Part shown: positions 19,284 through 29,488 of the stretch, in pieces | Numbering within the stretch: the first letter of the stretch is position 1 | Layout: each line of letters begins with the position of its first letter | IMG/VR virus record: IMGVR_UViG_3300031414_000029 | Source of the DNA: a virus | Direction: 5' to 3' (one strand) | DNA: 53,718 nucleotides | The notes under the pieces: model-generated | Database searches by the model: none | The model's input: the letters and a program-made list of their open reading frames with translations, nothing else | What the model was told of the DNA's origin: nothing | Translations under genes and position numbers: made by a program

Positions 19284-20393
19284 ATGTGGCTCAGACGAGT
19301 TCAGGTCATCATAACAAATAAAGATGACCCAAGTAAGAAGACAGTGTTTGAGAAGCACAGCATTGAATTTGAAGTGCGTTCCATAATTGGTTGGGGTGCT
19401 GACACAGCAACCGTAACTATTTATAACCTGTCGTTGGAAGAAGTTAAGTTCCTACAGAATAAAGAGTTCGGCGATTTGCCAGTAGAAATTCGTGCTGGTT
19501 ATGCAGATATGCTTGCTTCTGGTGGAATCAACAACAGAACAACTACCAGCTCAACGAAGACTTCAAGCAGCGGTTCGGTCATTGAAATCAATGATGGTGC
19601 TGTATTGCCTACAATCTTCTCTGGTGTTATTACAAATGCTGTTGGATTTAAACGCGCACCTGAACACATTACGACTCTGTTCTGTGTTTCTAAAGCTGCT
19701 ACAAATTCATCAACGTTTATCCAAATGCAGGATATTCCTGCTGGCGCTACTTTGCGCAATGCAATTAAATCTATGTGTGGTGATTACGGTTTTAATACTG
19801 TGTCGGCATTCGGAATTAATGATGCAGATTTGGATGTTGTTCTTCCTACAGGTCGTGTATTCCATGACACCTTCATAAACGAATTTACTGCCTTATTAGG
19901 CGAACACAATTTACGGTTCTACATGGCAACATCGGAAGTTCAAATATTCCCTGATACCTATGGCGATGCTGATGCAGTTAGCCGAATGTCGAAAGACCGT
20001 GAACCAATAAAGATAGATGCCAACTCAGTTATCGGTACGCCTGTTGCGGGAATCGGTATATTCGATTTGGATGTTTATCTTCGCGCAGATTTACAGCCCG
20101 GAATGATTATTGATATTTCGCCGTTGCTTGGGACAGACCTACTCGCAAACGGTGTTGTGAATGTCAACAATCAGAAACAGCTTCTGAACTATGACGATTC
20201 TGTTTTCCGTTACGGTATGCGCGACACGTACATGATTGAATCTGTAATCTCTTATGGATGCACTCATGACGAAACTTTCCAAACCTCTATCCACGGCATT
20301 CTGGATGGCATGGCTTCCAATGGATTGAACGAATCCAATTGGCAAAACTGGTATGCCAGAAGTGGTATGAGCATGACAAGTGAAGGCTTCTAA
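19284..20393 (+). CDS. Baseplate hub / tail protein (gpD/XkdQ-like position)
   Basis: First gene after the tape measure. IEFEV...ATVTIYNLS pattern. Confidence 0.45.
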   Translation: MWLRRVQVIITNKDDPSKKTVFEKHSIEFEVRSIIGWGADTATVTIYNLSLEEVKFLQNKEFGDLPVEIRAGYADMLASGGINNRTTTSSTKTSSSGSVIEINDGAVLPTIFSGVITNAVGFKRAPEHITTLFCVSKAATNSSTFIQMQDIPAGATLRNAIKSMCGDYGFNTVSAFGINDADLDVVLPTGRVFHDTFINEFTALLGEHNLRFYMATSEVQIFPDTYGDADAVSRMSKDREPIKIDANSVIGTPVAGIGIFDLDVYLRADLQPGMIIDISPLLGTDLLANGVVNVNNQKQLLNYDDSVFRYGMRDTYMIESVISYGCTHDETFQTSIHGILDGMASNGLNESNWQNWYARSGMSMTSEGF

Positions 20394-21295
20394 TGTCTGA
20401 TATTTCAGGATTCATTACTGACGCTGCCGCAACTGCGAAGAAGCGATTCAGCTATGGGCCACATCCATCTGTCATCATGTGGGCTGCTGGAAGTGCGGCC
20501 CAAGTAAAAGAAGAACCAACAAGCACTCTTGGTAAAGTTGTTGGCGCTGTTAGCTCAGCACGTACAAGCCTTGAGAACTTAGTTGCTTCTCCGGCCCCAG
20601 ATAACTTCAACCAATTCAAGTTCGATGCAATGGTTAGCGAAGGTCATCTTGCTCAAACGCGAGTTACCCGCAGACCAACATCAACTGGCTTTGTTGTGGC
20701 AGACCACATTATTAATGAGAACAGAATTCTCAAACTGGAAGCTGTTGCAGTTAATATGCAGAACAGCTCTCTGGGTATCGTTTCTGCTCAAGGTTTGTCA
20801 GTTATCTCTGGCGCAATCTTCGACAACCCAATCCTCCCAGCAATTGGTGGATTGTATGGTGTTGTCTCTTCCGCATTCGAAACTGAAAATCGAATCCAAA
20901 GTACCTATAACTTATTTAATGAGTTACGTACTTCGGGAACCAAGCTCTATATATCCACAATTCTGGGAACGTATCTTAACTGCCAAATTGTTGAGATTCG
21001 GACGAAGCATGACCGTATGACAAGTGCAATGCTGGCTGTCGAAATCACGCTTGAAGAATTGCAAGTTATCGGAAGTGATGCCTTAGCTGACGCAGCAAAA
21101 GCAGCCATTGAATCTTCGTATGATTATTCGGAGTTTTCTAAAATGGCTACTAGCTTGGGCATCGGTGTGTTAGGCGGTGTTCCGCTTCCGGGGCTTGGTT
21201 CAATCTCTCGACCTACGGCACAGCTTGCCACGTTGAAAGACAAAGTTTCGAAATTGGCTCAGCCTATCTCTTCTGTTAAAGGACGTCTGCTGTGA
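20393..21295 (+). CDS. Baseplate/tail protein, hypothetical
   Basis: ORF track; ATGA-type overlap inside the baseplate module. Confidence 0.45.
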   Translation: MSDISGFITDAAATAKKRFSYGPHPSVIMWAAGSAAQVKEEPTSTLGKVVGAVSSARTSLENLVASPAPDNFNQFKFDAMVSEGHLAQTRVTRRPTSTGFVVADHIINENRILKLEAVAVNMQNSSLGIVSAQGLSVISGAIFDNPILPAIGGLYGVVSSAFETENRIQSTYNLFNELRTSGTKLYISTILGTYLNCQIVEIRTKHDRMTSAMLAVEITLEELQVIGSDALADAAKAAIESSYDYSEFSKMATSLGIGVLGGVPLPGLGSISRPTAQLATLKDKVSKLAQPISSVKGRLL

Positions 21296-21657
21296 CAATT
21301 CGTGAAGAACGCGATGCTTTAAATGAAATAGCAAACCTCCTTCCTCCCGGATACATTAAGAAGGTTCCGTTCTCAATCTCGAAAGATATTTCGTTTGAGT
21401 ACAACGGCATAACCGTAAAGATGTCAGCTCTGTATTTGAACAAGCCAATGAACTGCTACATGTTCGATTTGTCTTGGTCATCAACTGACAAACTTTACGG
21501 CATACCGATTCGCTGTGGCTTGGATATGCTGAAGCAATTCAAAACTCCGTTGCCAAATTTGTATGCGAATAACCACAGTTATCCGGGCCTTGAAATCACG
21601 AGCTGGGAACAGCTTGATTTAATCATCATTGATGAATCGGTGCTTGAGCGTGGCTAG
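21292..21657 (+). CDS. Hypothetical baseplate-module protein (GTG start)
   Basis: ORF track; overlaps the upstream stop. Confidence 0.45.
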   Translation: MTIREERDALNEIANLLPPGYIKKVPFSISKDISFEYNGITVKMSALYLNKPMNCYMFDLSWSSTDKLYGIPIRCGLDMLKQFKTPLPNLYANNHSYPGLEITSWEQLDLIIIDESVLERG

Positions 21658-22420
21658 TCATAACAACAACAGGTTGCCAGATATTAATACTGGCTATCCG
21701 GGATTTGCATATAATTTTAATGCGAAAACCCAAACATGCGAAGTTCAACTTGCAATTGAAAACCTGTTCATTGGAATGAAAGACCCGTACCAGATAATCA
21801 AAAAGAAAAGATTAGTTGGTGTTCCAGTTCAGTTTATTCAAGGTGGCGGTTGGTCGTTAACGCATCCGGTTCCTGACGGTACTCCAGTGTATGTTCATTT
21901 CGCCCAGCGTGGAATATCACATTGGTTAGCAGAAGGCAAAGAAGAAGCAGGGCTTGTTAATGGCAAACCCGCTCCAGCTTTCAGCCAGTTGTTTTCACAC
22001 AACGCTGCGACTTGTACTGTTGGGAACCAACCTCTTACCAAAACGATTAAAGACTTCAACGGTGCTGTTGCCGAGTTTCGTAATGCTGACAGAAGCCAGC
22101 GCGTGACATTAGTTGGTGGCGGCTTGATTGAAATAGTATCAGGAGACACTTACATCCATGTGCAGAATGGCTCGGTCGAAGTCCTTACGAAACAGACAAC
22201 AATTAAGTCGGAGACGATTACGCTGGATGGCGACACTACCGTCACGAAATCTCTTACCGTTCTTGGAGGCATGAGTGTTTCTGGTGGTTCTGGTGAGACA
22301 CTGAAGACCACAGGTAATGTTGTTCATAATGGCTCTTATACATTGAACGGCATTAAAGTTGATGGTCACGTACATCCTAACCCAGAAGGCGGCAAAGTTG
22401 GGCCAATGGAGGCCGGTTAA
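21629..22420 (+). CDS. Baseplate central spike (gpV / Mu gp45-like)
   Basis: C-terminal beta-helix-like ITLDGDTTVTKSLTVLGGMSVSGG... ending in GHVHPNPEGG (HxH tip motif). Position before gpW/gpJ. Confidence 0.55.
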   Translation: MMNRCLSVASHNNNRLPDINTGYPGFAYNFNAKTQTCEVQLAIENLFIGMKDPYQIIKKKRLVGVPVQFIQGGGWSLTHPVPDGTPVYVHFAQRGISHWLAEGKEEAGLVNGKPAPAFSQLFSHNAATCTVGNQPLTKTIKDFNGAVAEFRNADRSQRVTLVGGGLIEIVSGDTYIHVQNGSVEVLTKQTTIKSETITLDGDTTVTKSLTVLGGMSVSGGSGETLKTTGNVVHNGSYTLNGIKVDGHVHPNPEGGKVGPMEAG

Positions 22421-22779
22421 TGGCTGGTAATTTAAAGCTGGATTCAAACCACGATATCATAATTGGTCGTGGTGCAACTCGCGTTGGCGGTGTTGAATTT
22501 GTAGCTCAGCTTGTTAAATGCAGGCTGCTAACTCTTCTCGGCGAATGGCAAAATGATACGTCGCTCGGTGTTCCGTGGTTTGAACAAATTCTTACCAAGA
22601 ACTCAAAAGTGGCAGACATTCAAGTTGTCATTGCAAACATAATCAGAAACACGAACCATGTTCGCCAGATACTTTCTCTGGAAGTTCTTGCAGATTACCG
22701 GACTCGTGTACTGACTATTAATTTCACAGCCATATCTGATTATGGCGATGTAACGGAACTCGTTGAATGGCGGCTATAA
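22420..22779 (+). CDS. Baseplate wedge protein (gpW / gp25-like)
   Basis: 119 aa directly upstream of the gpJ-like gene. Confidence 0.5.
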   Translation: MAGNLKLDSNHDIIIGRGATRVGGVEFVAQLVKCRLLTLLGEWQNDTSLGVPWFEQILTKNSKVADIQVVIANIIRNTNHVRQILSLEVLADYRTRVLTINFTAISDYGDVTELVEWRL

Positions 22780-23939
22780 CTTATGGAGTAACAGATAAAG
22801 GATTTGTTCGTAAGCCTTTGTCTGCTATCATTGATGGTTTAAATTCCAAATTCACTGCTGCCTTTGGTTCTACGTTTGACGTTTCTCCTGAGTCTCCAGA
22901 CGGCCAAGTAATTGGTATCGTCGGTAACGAAATCTCGTTGCTGTGGGAACAAGGGCAGTATGCTTTCAACTCGTATCGTCCGGGTGCAATGGAAGGTGAA
23001 GGACTGGATGCAGTCTGTGAACTAACCAACACCAAGCGGTATGTGAACAAGCCAACTCAGGTAACTGTATTACTCAATACAGTTAACAGCGAAGGGACAG
23101 TTGTTCCTGCTGGCATTCTGGTTGGTGATGATGCTGGTAATCAATTCTTAACTCAGTCTGAGGTAACTCTGCCGGGTGATGTAACTGCTGTATGCACTAA
23201 ATCAGGCGAGCTTTATGTTGGCCCGAACACAGTTACTAAGATTATTACAACCGGCATCAAAGGTTTAGATTCTTGCACAAACCCTGAAGAAGGGCAGACA
23301 GGAATAGACTACGAACAAGACCCGGCATTGCGTGCTCGCCGTGACAGAACAACAATCAGTTCTGGCACCGCAACTGTCGAAGCAATTTACGATGCTGTTG
23401 CAGACCTCGACCTTGAGTATATTCGTATTCGTGATAACGACACGAAAGAAGCAATTGGTGAGCAGCCTGCAAACACAATCTGGGTTGTTGTTGATGGCGG
23501 TACGGTAAACGATATTGCTCGGAAAATCTTTGAGAACAAAGCAGGTGGTGTGCCTACTTACGGCAGCGTCTCTGTTACTGTGAAAGATTCAAAAGGTTAT
23601 CCGAAGACAATCAACTTCAGCCGAACGACCAAAGTTCCAATCTTCTTTGATATTGTTGTTCGCAGACTTCCAACTTCGAACCTAAGTTCAAACGATGTAA
23701 TCTATTCTGTTCAGGATGCAGTTCAATCATACATGGATGCACTCAAACCGGGCGCGCCTGTTGTTTGGTCTTATGTTATTCCTCAGATTCTTGCAACCAC
23801 AAGCGGTATTCAGATTGATGATTTGTCTGTTGGCTTGAGCGCCGCATCTGTTGGTAAAACAACTCTGGTCATGGATATTAACCAGCGTCCGACAACTGTT
23901 ACTGCAAACATCAAAGTAACAGACGCCACGAATAAATAA
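22767..23939 (+). CDS. Baseplate J-like wedge protein
   Basis: 390 aa; size, position and the N-terminal GVTDKGFVRKPL...I pattern are typical of the gpJ family. Confidence 0.6.
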   Translation: MAAITYGVTDKGFVRKPLSAIIDGLNSKFTAAFGSTFDVSPESPDGQVIGIVGNEISLLWEQGQYAFNSYRPGAMEGEGLDAVCELTNTKRYVNKPTQVTVLLNTVNSEGTVVPAGILVGDDAGNQFLTQSEVTLPGDVTAVCTKSGELYVGPNTVTKIITTGIKGLDSCTNPEEGQTGIDYEQDPALRARRDRTTISSGTATVEAIYDAVADLDLEYIRIRDNDTKEAIGEQPANTIWVVVDGGTVNDIARKIFENKAGGVPTYGSVSVTVKDSKGYPKTINFSRTTKVPIFFDIVVRRLPTSNLSSNDVIYSVQDAVQSYMDALKPGAPVVWSYVIPQILATTSGIQIDDLSVGLSAASVGKTTLVMDINQRPTTVTANIKVTDATNK

Positions 23940-23947
23940 GGTTTCAA

Positions 23948-24592
23948 ATGGCCGATAAACGCGGATTGGATATGCTGCTGTCTCAGTACAAGCACAGTCC
24001 AAATTTAAAGAAGTATATTAAATGCTTTCTGGACGAGCTGGCAGAAGTTGATACAGCTCTCCAGAACGTTGTGAAGTATCGCTATCTGGCCAATTCGTTT
24101 GGTGTCATGGTTGATGACATTGCTTATATTGTTGGTGCAAGCAGGGTTCTTTATGGTGCCGCAGCTCTTGGCTATTTCGGTTACTATGAAAACCCTGCTG
24201 CTGAGTCAACTGGTGATGATAATCGTCCCGGCGTTGGTGGCATACTTCGTTCTGATTCTGACCGTGCATCTGGTGATTTCATTCGTACAGATTCACAACT
24301 CAAAGCTGCAATACGTGCCCGCATTATTAAGCTGGTAACTAACTGCAAAATTGATGACCTTCTTGCGTTCTGCGATTTGGTTGTTGGCCGCAGCTTGGAT
24401 TTGGAAATAGTTGAAGGTGTGCTCGAATTGAAGTTTATTGTTCATGATACTTTATCTGTTCCAGAACGTGTGCTTCTTTCGTTTATGATTCCTGACATTA
24501 AACCGGCAGGCATTAGCGCATCCCTTAAAGATGACTCAGGCAACATTGCTCTGGTCTATTATTCAACTGACTATCCAGCGGATGTGATATGA
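23948..24592 (+). CDS. Baseplate wedge / fibre-connector protein (DUF2612, gpI-like)
   Basis: LLSQYKHSPNLKKYIKCFLDEL...YRYL pattern; follows gpJ. Confidence 0.5.
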   Translation: MADKRGLDMLLSQYKHSPNLKKYIKCFLDELAEVDTALQNVVKYRYLANSFGVMVDDIAYIVGASRVLYGAAALGYFGYYENPAAESTGDDNRPGVGGILRSDSDRASGDFIRTDSQLKAAIRARIIKLVTNCKIDDLLAFCDLVVGRSLDLEIVEGVLELKFIVHDTLSVPERVLLSFMIPDIKPAGISASLKDDSGNIALVYYSTDYPADVI

Positions 24593-26085
24593 CAAACAGA
24601 GCGAATGACCTTGATTTAATCTGGGCCTCGAAGGGTGAAGCAACAGACCCTGATTTAGATACAGAGCATCCGATTTTCCAACCAAATAAATATCTTAAAG
24701 GTTGGATTGTCGAGAAAGAACCGCACCAGTGGCAAAACTTCTTGTATCAAATCACGGACCAGAAGTTGGAGATTCAAGCCGAAGAACAATTCTTTGAATG
24801 GGAATCGGATATTGAATATGCTCCAATGGCTGTTGCCAGAAACAATGGTAAGATTTACATCAATGCATCTGGCATGGTTAGTCAGAATGTTGAACCAAAG
24901 GATAATCCAAACTTTTGGTTTGAGGTGCTTGGTGTCACTGCCGATGATGTGAATGCTGCGAGAAACTTCTTGCAGAAAACTCTTGACGACCACTTGGCCG
25001 CAGACAATCCACACAATGATAACATTCATGACATTGGTGGATATGAGAAAGAAGAAATTGATAAATTCTTCAACGATGAAAACGACCCAAGAACTATTCG
25101 CTATCATGTGAAGCAGACTGGGAAAGTACACAGTGAAACGCCAAAACAACTTGGAACACTTCCGGTTGCTGGCGGAACATTTACTGGTGATGTTGCTTTT
25201 GCTGGAGGTGTTAATCTCGGCGCAAATGGTAATACAATCGTTGATGCAACTTCTGTAAAACTCGGTAACTCTGCTGGCGCACTTTATTTAAATAAAGATG
25301 GTTCAGTTAAGCAAGCATTTGCAAATGCATCTGACCGCTATGATGTAACCACTGTTGCCAACTTCCAGCAACAACAAAGAGCAGTTAATTTCTTATTTGC
25401 TCTACCTGTACCACGAACTGAAGTTGATTTCCGTAAATCGTTTAGTTCAATGACGATTGGCAATCATAGAATCGAGAGCAGTGTTAACCCTGTTATGTCC
25501 TACAAGGGTTGGCAGATTGCTGATGGATTCACAATTTACAATCTGGATTATGCCATAGCTCGAACTGATTTGGTTGAGTATTATGTCAATGATGTATTCA
25601 GACGTGTGGTTGTTGATTCGACTGTGAACATTTCTGGTGGTGCAGACCTCAAAGCTATTGCTCAACGTATTGCACCAGATGCGACACACATTCAGCGAGT
25701 GGTTGTTTATCCTCAGCTGAACAAATATCAGAAAGCAAACTTGCTTCCGAAATTTGCATCGTTGCATGTCCAGAATGATACATCAAATAACCCCGGCACT
25801 GCTTGGTACATTAGTAAGATTGATAACAATCTATACGAAATGCCAAATGCCACAGCCCCGAAAGGTGCTCAGTATATTGGTGTGTTCCAGATGGATGCCA
25901 ACGGTGTTCGTGGTGGTCGAATTGATAACACTGCTGTATGGACAACTTCTGATTCGTCAGTTGTGAATATCTCCAGCGTGAGTTCATCTGGTCAGGCAAT
26001 TGTTGGAATCCAGAAAGCTGGTACAGCCGTGCTGACAGTTAAGTGGAATGGATTTGTAGCACAAGTAACAATTACTGCTAAATAG
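24589..26085 (+). CDS. Tail fibre protein with a C-terminal Ig-like (Big_2) domain
   Basis: The N-terminus is paralogous to the next fibre. C-terminus reads WTTSDSSVVNISS...GTAVLTVKWNGFVAQVTITAK. Confidence 0.65.
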   Translation: MTNRANDLDLIWASKGEATDPDLDTEHPIFQPNKYLKGWIVEKEPHQWQNFLYQITDQKLEIQAEEQFFEWESDIEYAPMAVARNNGKIYINASGMVSQNVEPKDNPNFWFEVLGVTADDVNAARNFLQKTLDDHLAADNPHNDNIHDIGGYEKEEIDKFFNDENDPRTIRYHVKQTGKVHSETPKQLGTLPVAGGTFTGDVAFAGGVNLGANGNTIVDATSVKLGNSAGALYLNKDGSVKQAFANASDRYDVTTVANFQQQQRAVNFLFALPVPRTEVDFRKSFSSMTIGNHRIESSVNPVMSYKGWQIADGFTIYNLDYAIARTDLVEYYVNDVFRRVVVDSTVNISGGADLKAIAQRIAPDATHIQRVVVYPQLNKYQKANLLPKFASLHVQNDTSNNPGTAWYISKIDNNLYEMPNATAPKGAQYIGVFQMDANGVRGGRIDNTAVWTTSDSSVVNISSVSSSGQAIVGIQKAGTAVLTVKWNGFVAQVTITAK

Positions 26086-26093
26086 GAATTCTG

Positions 26094-27464
26094 ATGTTAA
26101 GACCAAAACTTGGCAGACTTTGGGGAAACTCAAATGCTGTCGTTCGTCGTGACCCAGGCGACGAAAAATATTTAGTGGGTTGGCTGTCTGAAATTCCTAC
26201 TTACCAAGTTCTGAACTTCCTTCAATGGAAGACCGACGCCACGATTCAGGCGTTGGCAGAACGTGGTGTTCTTGAGTGGGGCAGCGATGTAACTTACAAA
26301 AACGGTGCTGCTGTTTGGAACGAAGCAGATGGTAAGATTTATGTTGCTACTCTGGATGGACCAACCGACCAACCAAGTGCAAGCTCTACTCAATGGGTTG
26401 GCTCTGCAATCCAGTTGACTCGTAATGAATACGACAAAACTGTTTCTGCAATCAACCAGCATATTGATGATGTAACTAGTAACCCGCATAAGTTAACCCC
26501 CGGTCGTTTGGGTACTTACACAGCTGCCCAGATTGATGCGCTCGTTGCTGCATATCGTGCTGAAGTTCTTGCGCACGTACAAGACACAAACAACCCACAC
26601 AAATTAACTGCTGCGATTGTTGGTGCTGTTCCTGTAACTGGTGGTACATACACCGGTGCTGTGACTATGCAGACTGGTCAGTTGCTTCTGTCATCTGATG
26701 GAAGCCAGTTAGTCAAAGCTGATACCACTGGAGTTTATTTAAAGAACTCTGCTGGTTCAGTTGGTGTTGATGCAAATGGTAAGGGCTTTGTTAAAACAGG
26801 TTCTGCTGCTGCAACTGAAATTGTAACTCAACAGACATTCGCTGATTTCAAGCTGAACGTTGAGCCAAACTATGCGACACCTTCTCCAATTTTCCTGATG
26901 CCGTTAATCCGCGACATTAATATTTATATTGGTGGCGGGACAACAAGTACCAGCTTCACTCCTTCCTATGATGCCGCAGGTCGATTAACTCTGCCGCAAC
27001 AGGCTGGTGTTGGTAATAACTTGCAGCTTTCTGATTATTTGCTTACGGGCAAATCAGAAGTAACAATGGCTGTTGACTTAGTCTTTGGGACTCTGAGTTC
27101 AGGCGATGTTATTGCTTATAGCATTGGATTAGGTGGAGGCACTGGTTCTGGAAGTATCCGATTCAGCTTTAGCTCCACCGGTAAGGTTCGTGCTGCTGGT
27201 GATGGCAACTCAATTGCAACTGCTGTTATCTCAGATGGTAAACCACATCGTGCAGTGATTCGCAGGTCAGCAACTAAGATTGCTCTGTTCCTTGATGGAG
27301 TTCTTGTGAATGAAATCACTGTAACAAGTGCTGCGCTTGTAAGTTTCGCCAACCTGATTGAAACTTCTGGAACTGCTACGGCAGCTCAAATGATTCCAGT
27401 GAATATTGCAAACTTTCGTGTTTGGGATTCTCTGCTATCTGATAATCAAATCTCAGCTTTATAA
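26094..27464 (+). CDS. Tail fibre protein with a C-terminal LamG/concanavalin-like domain
   Basis: Shares the DP..KY..GW...P...NFL...EW.SD..Y...GKIY and NPH..T...G..P..GGT.TG blocks with 24589. C-terminus reads ...IALFLDGVLVNE...NFRVWDSLLSDNQI. Confidence 0.65.
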   Translation: MLRPKLGRLWGNSNAVVRRDPGDEKYLVGWLSEIPTYQVLNFLQWKTDATIQALAERGVLEWGSDVTYKNGAAVWNEADGKIYVATLDGPTDQPSASSTQWVGSAIQLTRNEYDKTVSAINQHIDDVTSNPHKLTPGRLGTYTAAQIDALVAAYRAEVLAHVQDTNNPHKLTAAIVGAVPVTGGTYTGAVTMQTGQLLLSSDGSQLVKADTTGVYLKNSAGSVGVDANGKGFVKTGSAAATEIVTQQTFADFKLNVEPNYATPSPIFLMPLIRDINIYIGGGTTSTSFTPSYDAAGRLTLPQQAGVGNNLQLSDYLLTGKSEVTMAVDLVFGTLSSGDVIAYSIGLGGGTGSGSIRFSFSSTGKVRAAGDGNSIATAVISDGKPHRAVIRRSATKIALFLDGVLVNEITVTSAALVSFANLIETSGTATAAQMIPVNIANFRVWDSLLSDNQISAL

Positions 27465-27472
27465 GGTATAAC

Positions 27473-28762
27473 ATGGCTAAGGGTTGGTCTTTTGGGGCAT
27501 TAACAGATGCCCTCAAGTCTTCGGCATTCGTGGACACAACCGACGTTGCTGGTGCGGTTGCTGGTAACGCAATGACCGTTGGCTTCATGAACCTCGGCAG
27601 AACCAACTTACCCAAAGTGTCTATTTTAAACATGGGCACTTATCGTTGGAAATTTGGTGAGGTTGTATATTGCAGCTGGGCTAACGTTACTTGGCCTGAT
27701 GGTGCTTCAACACAGTCCAAAATGAGTTTCGTAAGTGGTGATGCTGTTCGATTCTCTTGCATTGGATTTGCAGACCAAGTTGCCACAGTGTTGGTTCAAA
27801 ACTCTATACTGTTCTATGTTTTAACTGTTAACCAAAATACATCAACAACCACATTTGATGTTAAACAGCTTATTGCAAGTGATGGTGCAGACAGTGTTCA
27901 GATTACGCAGTCTCAGTTGTCATTTGGTGGAAATTCTAATTATGCCACCTTATACTTGCGTGACCGTAGGGATGGAAACAAGGTAGGGTACATTCAGTAT
28001 GATTCAAGTATTAACAACTTGTATCTTGCTGCTGTTCCGGGTGGTTCAAACAGGTCAACAATACTTGCTGACGGCACCTTAAGAACTGACGGTGTTCTGC
28101 AAAGCAACAATGCCAATGCTGCCAGCTCTATCCCCAGATTCCGTTCAATTAACTTCTCGGTAAATGGTCCACCGGGAAATGTAATATTTGCCAACGAGCA
28201 AGGTATGCACGTCGGTTGGAATGAATCTGGTGCTTCTGGTATGGGTTCGTTTATCTGCAACAAAGGTGGCGGCACTGGCGGATACAGATTCCGTGTTGTT
28301 AATTCAGACAACTCTGTGGAAACTGCTTCATGGATTATGGATGGTAGCTCGGGAAACTTCAAAGCAACCGGCGACATTATTGCAGCCCGCAATGTTTACT
28401 CAGGAAATGGCAGCTCATTCATGGCTACAGATGGAAACATCTATGGTGGTGTTTGGGGCGGATATCTGAGTAACTATATTGCTGGTCAGATTGGTAATGT
28501 GAATAACAATATCAATAATGTAAACAATAACATCTATGCCAACTTCAATGCCAACTCCATGTCTGATGGTGGTCGTGGTGGTCAGCAGTATAAAGGTGGT
28601 TCAGGTACTGGTCAGGGTATGGCATATGAATGCCCTCCCGGCTGTTTCTTAACTGGCATCAACACGAACGTTGCAGATGGTCGTGGTATGGGTGTTTACT
28701 TCCGGCAATTTATTGGCCGTAAAATTAACGGTGGCACGTTTGCCATTGGAGACTTCGCATGA
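27473..28762 (+). CDS. Tail fibre protein (P2 H / Mu S-type distal tip)
   Basis: Gly-rich C-terminus ...DGNIYGGVWGGYLSNYI..., followed by a small chaperone-sized gene. Confidence 0.6.
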   Translation: MAKGWSFGALTDALKSSAFVDTTDVAGAVAGNAMTVGFMNLGRTNLPKVSILNMGTYRWKFGEVVYCSWANVTWPDGASTQSKMSFVSGDAVRFSCIGFADQVATVLVQNSILFYVLTVNQNTSTTTFDVKQLIASDGADSVQITQSQLSFGGNSNYATLYLRDRRDGNKVGYIQYDSSINNLYLAAVPGGSNRSTILADGTLRTDGVLQSNNANAASSIPRFRSINFSVNGPPGNVIFANEQGMHVGWNESGASGMGSFICNKGGGTGGYRFRVVNSDNSVETASWIMDGSSGNFKATGDIIAARNVYSGNGSSFMATDGNIYGGVWGGYLSNYIAGQIGNVNNNINNVNNNIYANFNANSMSDGGRGGQQYKGGSGTGQGMAYECPPGCFLTGINTNVADGRGMGVYFRQFIGRKINGGTFAIGDFA

Positions 28763-29121
28763 TTAACAAAGCCACACGCTCTTTTAAGGGCGTTGTCTAT
28801 ACAGGTATGCGTCTTCATAAGAAGGCGTTATCTGGAATTGAAATGCCGGACGGAGGAGTTTCTAACCTTCAAAAGGTTATGTGTTTCTCTGACGACAAAG
28901 GCCGTGATTGGTACGACGAACGTGAAGACAACGATTGGGGTGCTATTGTAGCAACCGACCGTCAAGGTACTGTTTGCGCTATGGCCGACACTGGAATGAA
29001 CTTTATTCCAATCGAGGGTTACGACATTTGGGAAGTTGACCCAAACAAACTCCCATCCAAAGCTCCAATGGATGTGCTGGGAATGTATCGTTATGACGGC
29101 GAGACATTCGAGAAATTGTAA
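28759..29121 (+). CDS. Putative tail fibre assembly chaperone
   Basis: 120 aa, ATGA overlap with the fibre gene. The call is by position only. Confidence 0.35.
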   Translation: MINKATRSFKGVVYTGMRLHKKALSGIEMPDGGVSNLQKVMCFSDDKGRDWYDEREDNDWGAIVATDRQGTVCAMADTGMNFIPIEGYDIWEVDPNKLPSKAPMDVLGMYRYDGETFEKL

Positions 29122-29122
29122 G

Positions 29123-29476
29123 ATGGATAGACTTGTGGATAGACAAACTCTCCATGACGTCTTCGCTATTGCCTACCAATTTGGAATTATGCATGGCCTG
29201 CTTGCGGGCCTCACTGCATTAATCCGTGGAGCATACGAAAGTGAAGGCTTAGTGAAATCGCTGCTTGATGCAGCACTGTGTGCAGTTATTGGAACGTTTG
29301 TCTTCTCTTTACCTATTCTCGATTCATACCTCGTTACCCATCCTCGTGCTGGTTTGGTTGTATGCCTCGTAATTGGTATTGTTGGTGCGAAGTTAATTAT
29401 CACTACATTGAGAGATTCGTTTTCGACAGCAATCAAACAACTGAATCCATTAACGTGGTTCAAAAAGGCAAAATAA
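29123..29476 (+). CDS. Holin (start moved to ATG 29123)
   Basis: 117 aa with three hydrophobic segments and a charged C-terminus (WFKKAK), directly upstream of the endolysin. Confidence 0.6.
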   Translation: MDRLVDRQTLHDVFAIAYQFGIMHGLLAGLTALIRGAYESEGLVKSLLDAALCAVIGTFVFSLPILDSYLVTHPRAGLVVCLVIGIVGAKLIITTLRDSFSTAIKQLNPLTWFKKAK

Positions 29477-29488
29477 GGATGAAAGAGT

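Noticed and set aside
28480-28560. Asn-rich near-repeat (GNVNNNINNVNNNI) in the third fibre, the poly-Gln run in 37767-38132 and the poly-Gly run in the tape-measure protein, considered as possible slippage or phase-variation tracts
   Set aside because: They are short, in-frame, imperfect codon repeats without homopolymeric nucleotide runs. This is ordinary low-complexity linker sequence.
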